Assembly: GCA_965220745.1 (NCBI GenBank)
Contig: CBDCQT010000012.1
Span: forward strand, 192,001 to 256,000
Direction: 5' to 3'
DNA length: 64,000 nucleotides
From: Alphaproteobacteria bacterium
Lineage (GTDB): Bacteria; Pseudomonadota; Alphaproteobacteria; UBA828
Shown here: positions 29,566 to 38,756 of the stretch, in pieces
How positions within the stretch are numbered: position 1 is the first letter of the stretch
Layout: every line of letters starts with the position of its first letter
The notes under the pieces: model-generated
What the model was told of the DNA's origin: nothing
Seen by the model: only the letters and a program-made list of their open reading frames with translations
Database searches by the model: none
Program-made: the position numbers and the translations under genes

Positions 29566-29870
29566 GCGGCTTCCCTCCCCATATGGCCCCTGAGCATCGC
29601 GAGCAGAATGTCGATCACCGGCCTTTCGACGTCGGCGGGCAGCGGCTCCGGGGAAGCGCCGCCGCAAACGGCAGCCGGCGGGGCGGGCAGTTCGGCGAAG
29701 GCATGCAGCCAGGCCGCGACGCCGCGCAGCGCCACCACGGCGAGCCCGTGGCGACCGTGGCCGGCGCCGGGCTCGACGGCATGACGGCGCATCCGCTCGT
29801 AACCGTGCCCGTAGGCGGAATGCTCCGCCGCGGGGAGCGCGGCGCATGGCGGCGGGCTGTGCATCGTCAT
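29562..29870 (-). CDS. Small accessory protein of the serine-recombinase element
   Basis: ATGA overlaps with both neighbours; YERMR...GLAVVALRGVAAW pattern. Confidence 0.65.
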   Translation of the reverse strand: MTMHSPPPCAALPAAEHSAYGHGYERMRRHAVEPGAGHGRHGLAVVALRGVAAWLHAFAELPAPPAAVCGGASPEPLPADVERPVIDILLAMLRGHMGREAA

Positions 29871-30325
29871 CGTTTTTTTCCCCGCGCGAGGGCGCGATCG
29901 ATGCTGCTGCGATGGATCGAGATGCCGAAGCGTTCGCGCACGAACTCGACCAGCGCGGCGGCGGTCAACTCCGGCTGTTCGCTCTTCGCCGCCTGCAACG
30001 CCTCGACCACCTCGTCGCTGAGCTTGTGCGGCCGGCGCGGACCCGGCCGATCCGGTAGCAGCCCCGGCAGCCCGCCGGCGTCGTAGGCGCGCTGCGCCTG
30101 ATACCAGGTGGGCCGCGAGACGCCGAAGCTGGCGGCGGCGTGGCTCACCGTCACGCCGTCCTCGCGCACCCGGCGCAGCATCTCGTACCTGACCTGGAGC
30201 AGGTCGCGCGGGTCGAAGAACTCGTTCGACAGGAACAGCTCGTCGCGCACCGACTCCGCGCGCGGGTTCAGGCAGCCGTGCTCCTTGAGGGAGCGGGACT
30301 TGGCATCGGCGGGGCGTCTGGCCAT
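29867..30325 (-). CDS. Helix-turn-helix protein of the serine-recombinase element
   Basis: LNPRAESVRDELF...FFDPRDLLQVRYEMLR, HTH AAASFGVSRPTWYQ, GLPGLLPDRPGPRRPHKL. Confidence 0.8.
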   Translation of the reverse strand: MARRPADAKSRSLKEHGCLNPRAESVRDELFLSNEFFDPRDLLQVRYEMLRRVREDGVTVSHAAASFGVSRPTWYQAQRAYDAGGLPGLLPDRPGPRRPHKLSDEVVEALQAAKSEQPELTAAALVEFVRERFGISIHRSSIDRALARGKKR

Positions 30326-30506
30326 TGCACGGGCTCCATCGGAAAGGGAATGTAAATATATTTATACAACTTCCCAGAGCCCAATCAATCCCCCTCTCCC
30401 TGCCTGTCGCCGAAAACGTACAGAACTTCCCCATGTATGCGCCACTCCTTGCCGTCTCCCGGCCGCCGTGACGCCATGTCCCCGCCATTCATGCGCAACA
30501 ATATCA

Positions 30507-30854
30507 TTACACATGCGGCAAAATCTCCTTGGCAGTCTCCGCCCCGTCGTCGCTCTCCCGCATAGTGCGGGCGTCCCCGTCCAGGCTGTCCAGCAATGCC
30601 GCCAGCGCAAGCAGGTCCGAGACGCGGAACGCCGACCGGCCCGCCGCTACCCTCACAAACGGATCCGCCGCCGCGGCGCTCGTAAACGCCTGCCGAATCG
30701 TCCGCAGCGCTCCATCGTCAGCCGTGTAATGAACCAGCCCCACCCCCAGCACCGACGTGGTCTCGATCAGTTCGAACTCACGTCCGTGAAGCGGATGAAA
30801 CGGGTGCGTCACCCGGACGAGCTGCCGCTCGACGCATCCGAGGGGTGCACTTGA
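30507..30854 (-). CDS. DUF5372 (Y4bD/Y4pK-like) ORF, frame open up to the element end
   Basis: VTHPFHPLHGREFEL...DPFVRVAAGRSAFRVSDLLAL motif; only a GTG (30812) without an obvious RBS; no stop between it and the junction at 30855. Confidence 0.7.
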   Translation of the reverse strand, partial: SSAPLGCVERQLVRVTHPFHPLHGREFELIETTSVLGVGLVHYTADDGALRTIRQAFTSAAAADPFVRVAAGRSAFRVSDLLALAALLDSLDGDARTMRESDDGAETAKEILPHV

Positions 30855-30856
30855 AT

Positions 30857-31400
30857 GCCCAGTCCCAGTGCCCGCACAATGGTTGCACCTATGCGCTCTG
30901 CCGCTGCCTCGATCTCACGGTCGCCGACATGGGCGTAGCGCAGCGTCATGCTCGGCCGCTTGTGGCCAAGCAGGCGCGAGACGACCGGGAGCGGGATGCC
31001 CTGCAGCACGGCGTGGCTCGCGAATGTGTGGCGCAGGTCGTGCAGGCGCACGTCCTCGATCCCGGCTTCCTTGCGCACCGAGTACCAGAGCGGCAAGTCG
31101 GAGCACAGTGGCCGGTCCGGATTGAGCGACGAGGGAAAGACGAAGGCGCTGCCCGACCGCGGCTGCCGCTCCAAGATGGCGCGGGCCGGCGCATTCAGCA
31201 GCACCTGTCTCGGTCCGGTCTTGGCGTCGACCAGATTGAGCGCATCTCCATCGACGTCCTGCCAGCGCAGGGTCACGATCTCGCTCTTGCGGCAGCCAGT
31301 CAGCAGCAGCAGGCGGATGATGTCGGCCTGTTGCGCGCGCGAGATCCGGTCTCCGGCATGGCGGTCCAGCTCGCGGTGAAGGCGGCGGATCTGCGCGGCA
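30857..31400 (-). pseudogene. Tyrosine integrase, catalytic domain only
   Basis: LLLLTGCRKSEI, DAKTG, HDLRHTFAS, LLGH...TLRYAH; no recognisable N-terminal domains; 3' end interrupted by the serine-recombinase element. Confidence 0.8.
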
Positions 31401-31980
31401 CGGTCGACGGCCTTCTCGCCAGGGACGAACGCTGGGCGTTCAACCGGAATCGGGTCGAGGCATTCCTCGTGCGGGCCGCGGAGGCCGAGCGTGCGCGGAA
31501 CGCTCTGACGCAGATGGACGTCACGACTTCGTCGTTCGAGGAGCGTCTGCAGGCCCGGCAGGACCATATCATTCTCGCCTCAACAATGCCTTAGCCTGTC
31601 CAACCGCCCCAAAGGGAGCATTGATTCCATTGGGGAAAATCGTGCGATGTCCAACCCAAATCCGGGGCGGGCCGATGAGCGTGCGCGCGATGGCCTGGGC
31701 CTTCGGGTGTCGAGCCAGCGCTCGATTTCGGCTGCAGTGGCCTCCTTGTCGCCAGTATAGATGCCGTTCAGCCGGGGTGCGGTGCCGGAGGCCTGCCCAC
31801 CGATCTGATCGGCGGCGCAGGCCCGCAACGAAAAGCTGAGTTTCTGGTGATTGAAAACTCCAGCGAGTCTCGAAGACCGACAAAAATGCTCTAGGATACG
31901 CACCTGCCAAGCGGCGAGGCCCGTCGTGCCCGCCGCGACATGACCGGTGAGCAACCTTCGCAGGAGAGGGAGAGAAAACC

Positions 31981-33108
31981 ATGCGACTGCTCAAGATATG
32001 CGCCCTGGCCGCCGCCGGGATGTTTTTCGCCGTATCGGCGAGCGCCGACTACGAGGGCGTTCCCCGCACCTTCCTGTGGAACCCCGGCAGCGTCGACATC
32101 TACGACGCGGCCGAGCACAAGAAGGACGGCCCCTACGTTATCGGCTTTTCCAACGCGAGCCTGTCCAATCCCTGGCGCGTGGCCATGCTGCATGGCATCG
32201 AGGCCGCCGCCGAACGCAACAAGGACAAGCTGGAGCGCTTCATCATCACCGACGCCAACGACAACCCCTCGAAGCAGGCCGCGGACATCCAGGACCTGCT
32301 CGCTCAGGGCGTCGACATCCTGCTCGTCAGCCCGGCAACTGCCGAGGCGCTCGATCCCGCGCTGCGCAGAGCAAACAAGAGCGGTGTCCCGATCGTCCTA
32401 GTCGACCGCGAGGTCACGTCGAAGGACAGCTACATCACCTTCGTCACCGCCTCCGACCAGGCGCTGGGGCGCATCTCCGCCCAGTGGCTGGCCGAGACGC
32501 TGAACTTCGAGGGCAAGGTCGTGATGCTGGGCGGTCTGGCCGGAGCGTCGCCGGCTGAGAACCGGATCAAGGCGGCACACGAGGTCTTCAACCAGTATCC
32601 CGGCATCGAGGTGCTGGAGGTCCAGTACACCTCCTGGTCGCCAGCCAACGGCAAGACGATCATGTCGGCCCTGATTCAGAAGTACGGCCAGGACATCGCC
32701 GGCGTCTGGGCCGATTCCGGCCTGCAGGGCTCGGGCTCCATCGAGGCCTTCCTCGCCGCCGGCTACGAGGCCGGCACGATTCCGCCGCACACCGGCGGAG
32801 ACTTCAACGCGATGTACCAGCTGAGCGTGCAGAACCAGGTGCCGATGGTGGGCATCGACTACCCACCGGCCATGGGCGCGGTGTCGTTCGAGCTGCTGTT
32901 CGATGTGCTGGCAGGCAAGGGCATTCCGCGCCGGATCGAGGTAAACCAGCAGATCGTCGTCTCCGAGGGCGCGGAGACCGCGTCGGTCCAGGCGGATGTC
33001 TACGTCAAGGACTACGCCCTGATGGACAAGCCGGGCTCGGTCATCATGTCAAGCGGCGTGGGCCCCGACTACGATCCGGAGACCTTCTCGGCCGACTATC
33101 CGAGGTAA
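31981..33108 (+). CDS. Monosaccharide ABC substrate-binding protein (RbsB-like)
   Basis: Signal peptide; IGFSNASLSNPWR, KQAADIQDLLAQGVDILLVSP, VPIVLVDR. Confidence 0.9.
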   Translation: MRLLKICALAAAGMFFAVSASADYEGVPRTFLWNPGSVDIYDAAEHKKDGPYVIGFSNASLSNPWRVAMLHGIEAAAERNKDKLERFIITDANDNPSKQAADIQDLLAQGVDILLVSPATAEALDPALRRANKSGVPIVLVDREVTSKDSYITFVTASDQALGRISAQWLAETLNFEGKVVMLGGLAGASPAENRIKAAHEVFNQYPGIEVLEVQYTSWSPANGKTIMSALIQKYGQDIAGVWADSGLQGSGSIEAFLAAGYEAGTIPPHTGGDFNAMYQLSVQNQVPMVGIDYPPAMGAVSFELLFDVLAGKGIPRRIEVNQQIVVSEGAETASVQADVYVKDYALMDKPGSVIMSSGVGPDYDPETFSADYPR

Positions 33109-33126
33109 AGCGCCGACAAATGGTAG

Positions 33127-33156
33127 ACGGCCCCGCCGCACCCGCTGCGGGGCCGT
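33127..33156. promoter_or_regulatory. Intercistronic stem-loop after the SBP gene
   Basis: ACGGCCCCGC ... GCGGGGCCGT, a 10-bp stem. Confidence 0.5.
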
Positions 33157-33198
33157 TCGCCACAGCGGCCGGATGGCGCCCCCCGGAGGAAAGGCGAC

Positions 33199-34719
33199 AT
33201 GGCTGATCCGGTGCTTGCCGCACGGGGCTTGACGAAATCCTTTGGCAGCAACGAGGTCCTCCGCAACGTCGATTTCGAGGTCATTGCCGGGCGCAACATC
33301 GCGCTCTGCGGCGAGAACGGCGCCGGCAAATCGACCCTCATCAAGCTCATGACCGGCGTCTACACGCCGTCGGCCGGGCAGGTCCTGCTGGACGGCGAAC
33401 CAGTGGCCTTCGCCGGGCCGAAGGACTCGATTGCTGCCGGCATCGCCGTCGTCCACCAGGAGTTCTCGACCATCTCGGCGCTCACGGTGGCCGAGAACGT
33501 GTTTCTGGAGAAGGAGCCGCGCAACCGGCTCGGCCTGGTCGACCGGCGCACGCTTCGCCGCGACTGCGCCGACCTGCTCCGGGAGCTGGGCATCGATCTG
33601 GACCCCGACACGACTCTCGACAGGCTCAGCGTCGCCGAGGCGCAGATGGTGGAGATCGCCAAGGCGCTGCGCTCCAGCGCCCGCGTGCTGATTCTGGATG
33701 AGCCGACGGCGGTGCTCTCGCACCGGGAGATCGATCATCTGTTCCGGATTCTGCGCGACCTGCGGGACCAGGGGATGGGGCTCGTCTACGTCTCGCACCG
33801 CTTGGACGAGATCTTCGAAATCTGCACCGACATCTGCGTCCTGAAGGACGGCGACGTCACGTCCGCGGGGCCGATCGCCGACTACGACCACGACAGGGTC
33901 GTCGCCGCGATGGTCGGCCGCAGCCTGGGCGAGCTGTTCCCGCCCAAGAGCGGGCCGGCGAGCGATGCGGCGCCAGCGCTCTCGCTGCGCGGCCTCGTCG
34001 CAGAGGGCGGCGGGCCGCCGATTGATCTGGACCTCCGCCCCGGCGAGATCGTGGGGCTGGCCGGCCTGGTCGGCTCCGGGAGAACCGAGCTCGCGCTCTC
34101 GATCTTCGGCGCGGCGCGCGGCAGCGGCGCCGTCGAGCTCTCAGGCAAGTCCTACAACAGACGCTCGCCGGGCCGCAGCCTTGCCGGCGGTCTCGCCATG
34201 CTGACGGAGGACCGCAAGGCGAATGGCCTCTTCCCCGAAGCCTCGGTCGCCTGGAACTTCGCGGCGTCGACGCTCGGCAAGGGTGCGCGGACGCTCGCGC
34301 TTTCGCCGCGGAGCGAAGAGGAGCGCTCCCGCTCCGTCGTCGAGCGCTTCAAGGTCGTCGTCGATCATGTCGGCCAGCCCATCTCGGCGCTCTCCGGCGG
34401 CAACCAGCAGAAGGTGCTGATCGGCCGCCTGCTTGAAAATACCCCGAAGGTTCTGCTTCTCGATGAGCCGACCCGAGGCGTGGATGTCGCCACCAAGGCG
34501 GAGATCTACCGCACCCTGCGCCGCCTGGCCGAAGAGGGCGTGGCCGTCCTGGTCATCTCCTCCGAGCTGATCGAGGTCGTCGGGCTGTGCGACCGCGTCC
34601 ACGTCATGCGCGACGGTGCGCTGGTCGCGGAACTGATTGGCGACGCCATCACCGAGGACGGAATCATGGCGGTGGCCGCCGCCGCGACGGGTGGCGTTGC
34701 GCCCCGACCGAATGTCTGA
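33199..34719 (+). CDS. Monosaccharide ABC ATPase, two domains (RbsA-like)
   Basis: GENGAGKST, DEPTA, SHRLDEI, GLVGSGRTE, LSGGNQQK, DEPTRGVD. Confidence 0.93.
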   Translation: MADPVLAARGLTKSFGSNEVLRNVDFEVIAGRNIALCGENGAGKSTLIKLMTGVYTPSAGQVLLDGEPVAFAGPKDSIAAGIAVVHQEFSTISALTVAENVFLEKEPRNRLGLVDRRTLRRDCADLLRELGIDLDPDTTLDRLSVAEAQMVEIAKALRSSARVLILDEPTAVLSHREIDHLFRILRDLRDQGMGLVYVSHRLDEIFEICTDICVLKDGDVTSAGPIADYDHDRVVAAMVGRSLGELFPPKSGPASDAAPALSLRGLVAEGGGPPIDLDLRPGEIVGLAGLVGSGRTELALSIFGAARGSGAVELSGKSYNRRSPGRSLAGGLAMLTEDRKANGLFPEASVAWNFAASTLGKGARTLALSPRSEEERSRSVVERFKVVVDHVGQPISALSGGNQQKVLIGRLLENTPKVLLLDEPTRGVDVATKAEIYRTLRRLAEEGVAVLVISSELIEVVGLCDRVHVMRDGALVAELIGDAITEDGIMAVAAAATGGVAPRPNV

Positions 34720-35659
34720 CCTCGCGCGCGCGGTCCGCTTTCAGAACGTCCATCTCGCGATCGTCGGGCTGATCGCGGCGGTCTTCATCGTCGGCGTGTT
34801 CTCGTCGGACCGCTTCGTCACCGTGCTCAACATCGCAAACGTGCAGGACCAGCTGGTCGCGCTGGCGCTGGTAGCGCTGGCCCAGACGGTGGTGATCCTG
34901 TCGGGCGGCATCGACCTCTCCTTCGCCGGGCTGCTCGGCCTCCTCTCGGTCTTGTTCGCCACCTTCGCCGGCTCCGATCCGGCGACCTTCTCTGCAGCCT
35001 ATATCTGCATCCTCGCGCTCGGCACGGCGATCGGTGCGCTTACCGGCGGGATCGTCGCCTTCAGCGGCATTCATCCCCTGATCGTGACGCTCGCGACATC
35101 GACCATCATGGCCGGCGCGGCGCTGCTCCATACGAAGCAACCCTCCGGCTCCGTGCCGCTCTTCTTCGAAGACATCGTCTATGCCCGGTTCTTCGGCTTC
35201 CTGCCGTGGGGAACGCTCTTCGTCATTGCGGCTTACGTGATCGTCGGCTTCGTGCTCTGGCGCACCCGCTTCGGCATCCGTGTCTACGCCATCGGCGATG
35301 ACGAGCGGGCGGCGACGATCTCCGGCGTCCCGGTCAGGTTGACCAAGGTGCTGATCTATGCGCTCTCCGGCTTCATTGTCGCTCTGGCGGCGATCTACCT
35401 GGTGGGCCGGTTCGGTGTGGGCGATCCGCGCGCGGGCATCGGCTTCGATCTGCGGTCGATCACGCCGGTGATCGTGGGCGGCACCCTGCTCGCCGGCGGC
35501 CGGGGCGGCGTGCTGGGCACGTTCCTGGCCGTCATCCTGCTCGCCCTTCTGGCGAACGTCCTGAACTTCCTGAACGTCTCGAACTTCTATCTGTGGATCG
35601 TGGAGGGCGTGATCATCGTCGTCGCCGTCTCGCTGTTCGTCGTGAGGGCGCGGTCATGA
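34712..35659 (+). CDS. Monosaccharide ABC permease
   Basis: GGIDLSF, TRFGIRVYAIG, VIVGGTLLAGGRG; ATG 34712. Confidence 0.9.
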   Translation: MSDLARAVRFQNVHLAIVGLIAAVFIVGVFSSDRFVTVLNIANVQDQLVALALVALAQTVVILSGGIDLSFAGLLGLLSVLFATFAGSDPATFSAAYICILALGTAIGALTGGIVAFSGIHPLIVTLATSTIMAGAALLHTKQPSGSVPLFFEDIVYARFFGFLPWGTLFVIAAYVIVGFVLWRTRFGIRVYAIGDDERAATISGVPVRLTKVLIYALSGFIVALAAIYLVGRFGVGDPRAGIGFDLRSITPVIVGGTLLAGGRGGVLGTFLAVILLALLANVLNFLNVSNFYLWIVEGVIIVVAVSLFVVRARS

Positions 35660-36609
35660 TGGCGTGGCTCCTCGGCGGCACGGGGACGGTCAGGGGCCGG
35701 AAGACCCGTGAAATCCTGATGCTGCTGGTGTTCCTCATCCTGATCTGGGGATTCACGACGGTGCTCTCGCCGCGATTCCTGAGCATCAAGAACATCACCG
35801 ATATTCTGATCCAGGCCGCACCGCTCGGCTTCGTGGTCATCGGCCAGATGATCGTGATCGTGGTGCGCGGCCTGGACCTCTCGGTGGCCTCGATCATGGC
35901 GACCGCGGCGGTGCTCTCCATCGGCGTCTTCGACAACACCGCGACCGCGTTTGTCGCCGCCTTGCTGCTCGGCGCTCTGGTGGGCGGCGTCAACGGCTAT
36001 CTCGTGAGCTACAGGCGGGTGACTCCGTTCCTCGCAACGCTGGCGACGATGATCGTGCTGCAGGGCATCCGCTTCGCCTACACCAAGGGGGCGCCGAGCG
36101 GCTCGCTGCCGGATACCTTCCGGTACCTGGCGACGGGCGACGTCGGCGGCGTGCCCGTGGTCCTGATCGTGCTGATCGGGGTCGCGTTCGTGGCGCACCG
36201 GATGCTGGAGCGCAGCGTTCCAGGCCGGCAGCTCATGCTCTACGGCGACAATCCCGAAGCCGCCCACATGAGCGGCCTGCCGGTCAAGCGCATCGTGATC
36301 TCGGCCTACGTGATCTCCGGCGTTCTCGCCGCGATCGCCGGCCTATTTCTGGTTGGCTACGTGGGGATCGTCGACAACTGGACCGGCCAGGGCTACGAGC
36401 TCGACAGCATCGCGGCGGCTGTGATCGGCGGCGCATCCTTGCGCGGCGGCAAGGGCAGCGTGATCGGCGCCCTGCTGGCAGCGCTGATCCTGGTCTCGCT
36501 CTTCAACATCGTGGTCATCCTGGGCCTCTCCATCGAGTTCCAGATGGTGGTGAAGGGCGCTCTGATCCTGCTCGCGGCGGCCGTCTATATCCGGCGCGCC
36601 CGCGACTGA
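35656..36609 (+). CDS. Monosaccharide ABC permease
   Basis: RGLDLSV, PFLATL, GYELDSIAAAVIGGASLRGGKG; ATG 35656. Confidence 0.9.
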   Translation: MMAWLLGGTGTVRGRKTREILMLLVFLILIWGFTTVLSPRFLSIKNITDILIQAAPLGFVVIGQMIVIVVRGLDLSVASIMATAAVLSIGVFDNTATAFVAALLLGALVGGVNGYLVSYRRVTPFLATLATMIVLQGIRFAYTKGAPSGSLPDTFRYLATGDVGGVPVVLIVLIGVAFVAHRMLERSVPGRQLMLYGDNPEAAHMSGLPVKRIVISAYVISGVLAAIAGLFLVGYVGIVDNWTGQGYELDSIAAAVIGGASLRGGKGSVIGALLAALILVSLFNIVVILGLSIEFQMVVKGALILLAAAVYIRRARD

Positions 36610-37469
36610 CCGTCGCCGGCAGCGACCGAAATCCCTCTCTCCTCAAGAGGAATCGACACGAAGCGGGCGGCGGCGGCCTGGGCGTCGGCGATGGCCTCCC
36701 CCATCGCGGCGGACGCGGTCAGGCGGGCTGCGAGTGCGCCCACGAACGCGTCACCGGCGCCGTGCGCGGAGGCGACCGGCACCGGGCGGACCGTGTGATG
36801 CCGTGCCCTCCCGTTCCGGTCGCGATGGACCAGGCCGTCGCTTCCCAAGGTGACGATTACCTCCCCGTCGAAGCCCCCCGTCGCCCGCGTCGTCGCCTCC
36901 AACGCGTCTTTGGAGCTTTGGATTCGAACCTCGAACAGCGCTTCCGCCTCGACGCGATTGACGATGAGAAGGTCCACCAGCCGGAGCATCTCCGGCGAAA
37001 GCGGGCGCGTCGGCGCCGCGTTGAGGATCACCGTCGCCCCGCTCTTGCGGGCTTCGGCCGCGACCGCTCGATTGACCGCCTCGGGCACCTCGTTCTGCAT
37101 GACGAGGACGCGGGCGCCCTCCGGCATCACGAAGCCATCCGCAGAGAGTTGCCGGTTGGCGGACGAGACGACCACCGCGCCGTATTCCCCGTCCGCACCC
37201 ACGACCGCGACGCTGAGGCCCGACATCGCCGCTTCGTCTCGCTGGATGAGGGAGGTGTCGACGCCGGCCTCGCGGAGATTGTCGACGAGCGACGCCGCGA
37301 AAACGTCACTGCCCACCCGCCCCAGCATGGCGGTCGGCGCGCCGTGGCGGCTGGCGGCGACCGCCTGGTTGCCGCCCTTGCCGCCGCAGACGAGAGTCAC
37401 CGCCTCGCCCATGAGGGTTTCGTCCGGGGCGGGCAGACGCGGAGCGGTGACGACGACCCCGCCGGTCAT
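36585..37469 (-). CDS. Ribokinase-like PfkB kinase, N-terminal motif missing (possible pseudogene)
   Basis: GGKGGNQAVAA, QNEVP, LNAAP, VNRVEA, HGAGDAF; lacks the GSxxxD segment before PRLP. Confidence 0.8.
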   Translation of the reverse strand: MTGGVVVTAPRLPAPDETLMGEAVTLVCGGKGGNQAVAASRHGAPTAMLGRVGSDVFAASLVDNLREAGVDTSLIQRDEAAMSGLSVAVVGADGEYGAVVVSSANRQLSADGFVMPEGARVLVMQNEVPEAVNRAVAAEARKSGATVILNAAPTRPLSPEMLRLVDLLIVNRVEAEALFEVRIQSSKDALEATTRATGGFDGEVIVTLGSDGLVHRDRNGRARHHTVRPVPVASAHGAGDAFVGALAARLTASAAMGEAIADAQAAAARFVSIPLEERGISVAAGDGQSRARRI

Positions 37470-38170
37470 CCGCCGGTCCCGTAGAGCGCGGAGGCGACGA
37501 TGCGCTGGCTCACCGTCGCGTCATGCCGGGCGATCGCCTGCGCCAGTCGTTCGTCCTCCGCCAGCACGGCGGCGACTTTTCGCAGTCGTTCGATGGTCTC
37601 GATGTTGGTCCCGCACTCCGCCACCGGGTCGAGCCCGCCCGTATCGGGGAAGGTGTCGAAGTAGATCGCCCGGTCGTAGCCGCAGCGGCGGAGCGCCACC
37701 AGCAGCTCGACGGTCTGGACGGGATGGATCGAGCCTGCCATCAGGCCGTCGTCGCGCTTGCCGTAGCCGTCGTTGAGCTGGACGCCGAGCAGCCGGGAAT
37801 GCCGATTCACGAGGTGGACGGTGTGCGCCGGCATCTCGCCCGCGTAGAGGACGTGCGCGAAGTCGAGCGTGACGCCGAGGTTTGCCGCCTCCACCTCGTG
37901 GATCGCGAGCAGGGTCGTGCCCACGTCCGGCATTAGGGAATAGCTCCGGGGCTCGTCCGGCTTGTATTCCAGCGCGATGTCGATCGCAGGATCGTGCCTC
38001 GCGATCTCGTCGAGGGCCGCGACGGTGTTGTCCCACATCCGCTCGTAATCGGCCTGGAAGGGGTAGTCGAAGCCGTCCTGGCCGAGCCAGAGCGTCATCA
38101 ACCTCCCGCCCATCTCAGCGAGTGCGTCGAGGCCACGGCGGGTGAGGTCGATAGCCTTCTGACGCCGCGA
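37466..38170 (-). pseudogene. Xylose-isomerase-like TIM-barrel sugar isomerase, 5'-truncated
   Basis: WLGQDGFDY, LEYKPDEPR, TLDFAH, LNDGYGKRDDGL, IYFDTFP; similarity begins abruptly at RQKAIDLT. Confidence 0.8.
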
Positions 38171-38172
38171 CA

Positions 38173-38754
38173 GCAAGGCATGAGAGAGCCATCGCGGAGG
38201 CGGAGGTGGGCAACGCCAGATCCCTTGCTCGGGCGAGGCTCGAGAGCGCGCGCGCCGAAACGCTGTCGGCGCGCGATAGAGCTTTGCGCAACGCGTCCGC
38301 GGCCATGAGCAACGTACGAAACGCGGATTGTGCAGATAATAAGGAGCGCAAGAAGGCCATAGCCGCCGCGAAGGAGACGTATCGGAAAGCGCAGGCGGCC
38401 GCGCAAGAGAGATATCGCAAGGAAATAGCCGACGCGAGGGCAATCTCCGAACGGGCTGAGGCCAAAGCGAGCGTAGCTTGGCGGTCCGCGCACGACGCCG
38501 CTAGGTCGGCACGCACGGCGGCGTTAGCCGGCGCAGAAGCGTCGCGGCGTGAGGAGGTCGCCGCTGCGGAGGCAACCTTTGACAGGACTATGGCGAAGCC
38601 ACGGGCGACGTATGAGAATGCGGCAGCCGAAGCGGAGATAGGCTTCCGGGAAGCGCTCATGGCAGTTTACCCTGGCCCGACAAGCAACAATCCCACAGTC
38701 ATGGAGCGCCTGCTCGTGAAGTTCCTGCGGGAGTGCGAGGAAATGCTGCGCTAG
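38173..38754 (+). pseudogene. Ala-rich coiled-coil protein fragment, probably 5'-truncated
   Basis: A/E/R-rich helical pattern continues in frame upstream of GTG 38206 to about 38173; no RBS seen. Confidence 0.45.
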
Positions 38755-38756
38755 GC

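Larger units (their letters stand above)
24020..30856 (-). mobile_element. Large-serine-recombinase element (y4bA-y4bD-like: DUF5372, HTH, small ORF, recombinase), interrupted by a RIT element
   Basis: Gene set; AT dinucleotide at both junctions (24020-21, 30855-56); short inverted TGCACC/GGTGCA near both ends; removing it gives the upstream tyrosine integrase a stop codon 7 codons later. About 3.36 kb without the RIT. Confidence 0.75.

Noticed and set aside
29041-29847. 268-aa ORF as one gene
   Set aside because: Chimera of an upstream alternative frame, the recombinase N-terminus and RIT right-end sequence.
30809-31567. 252-aa ORF as a functional integrase
   Set aside because: No binding domains; the first ~55 aa look unrelated and the C-terminal tail comes from the inserted element.
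31690-31810. Possible remnant of a Mu-B-like ATPase N-terminus (RLNGIYTGDKEATAAEIERWLDTR)
   Set aside because: Too short to support without a search.
37466-38443. 325-aa ORF as a full isomerase
   Set aside because: The first ~90 aa are the antisense of the Ala-rich ORF, not isomerase sequence.
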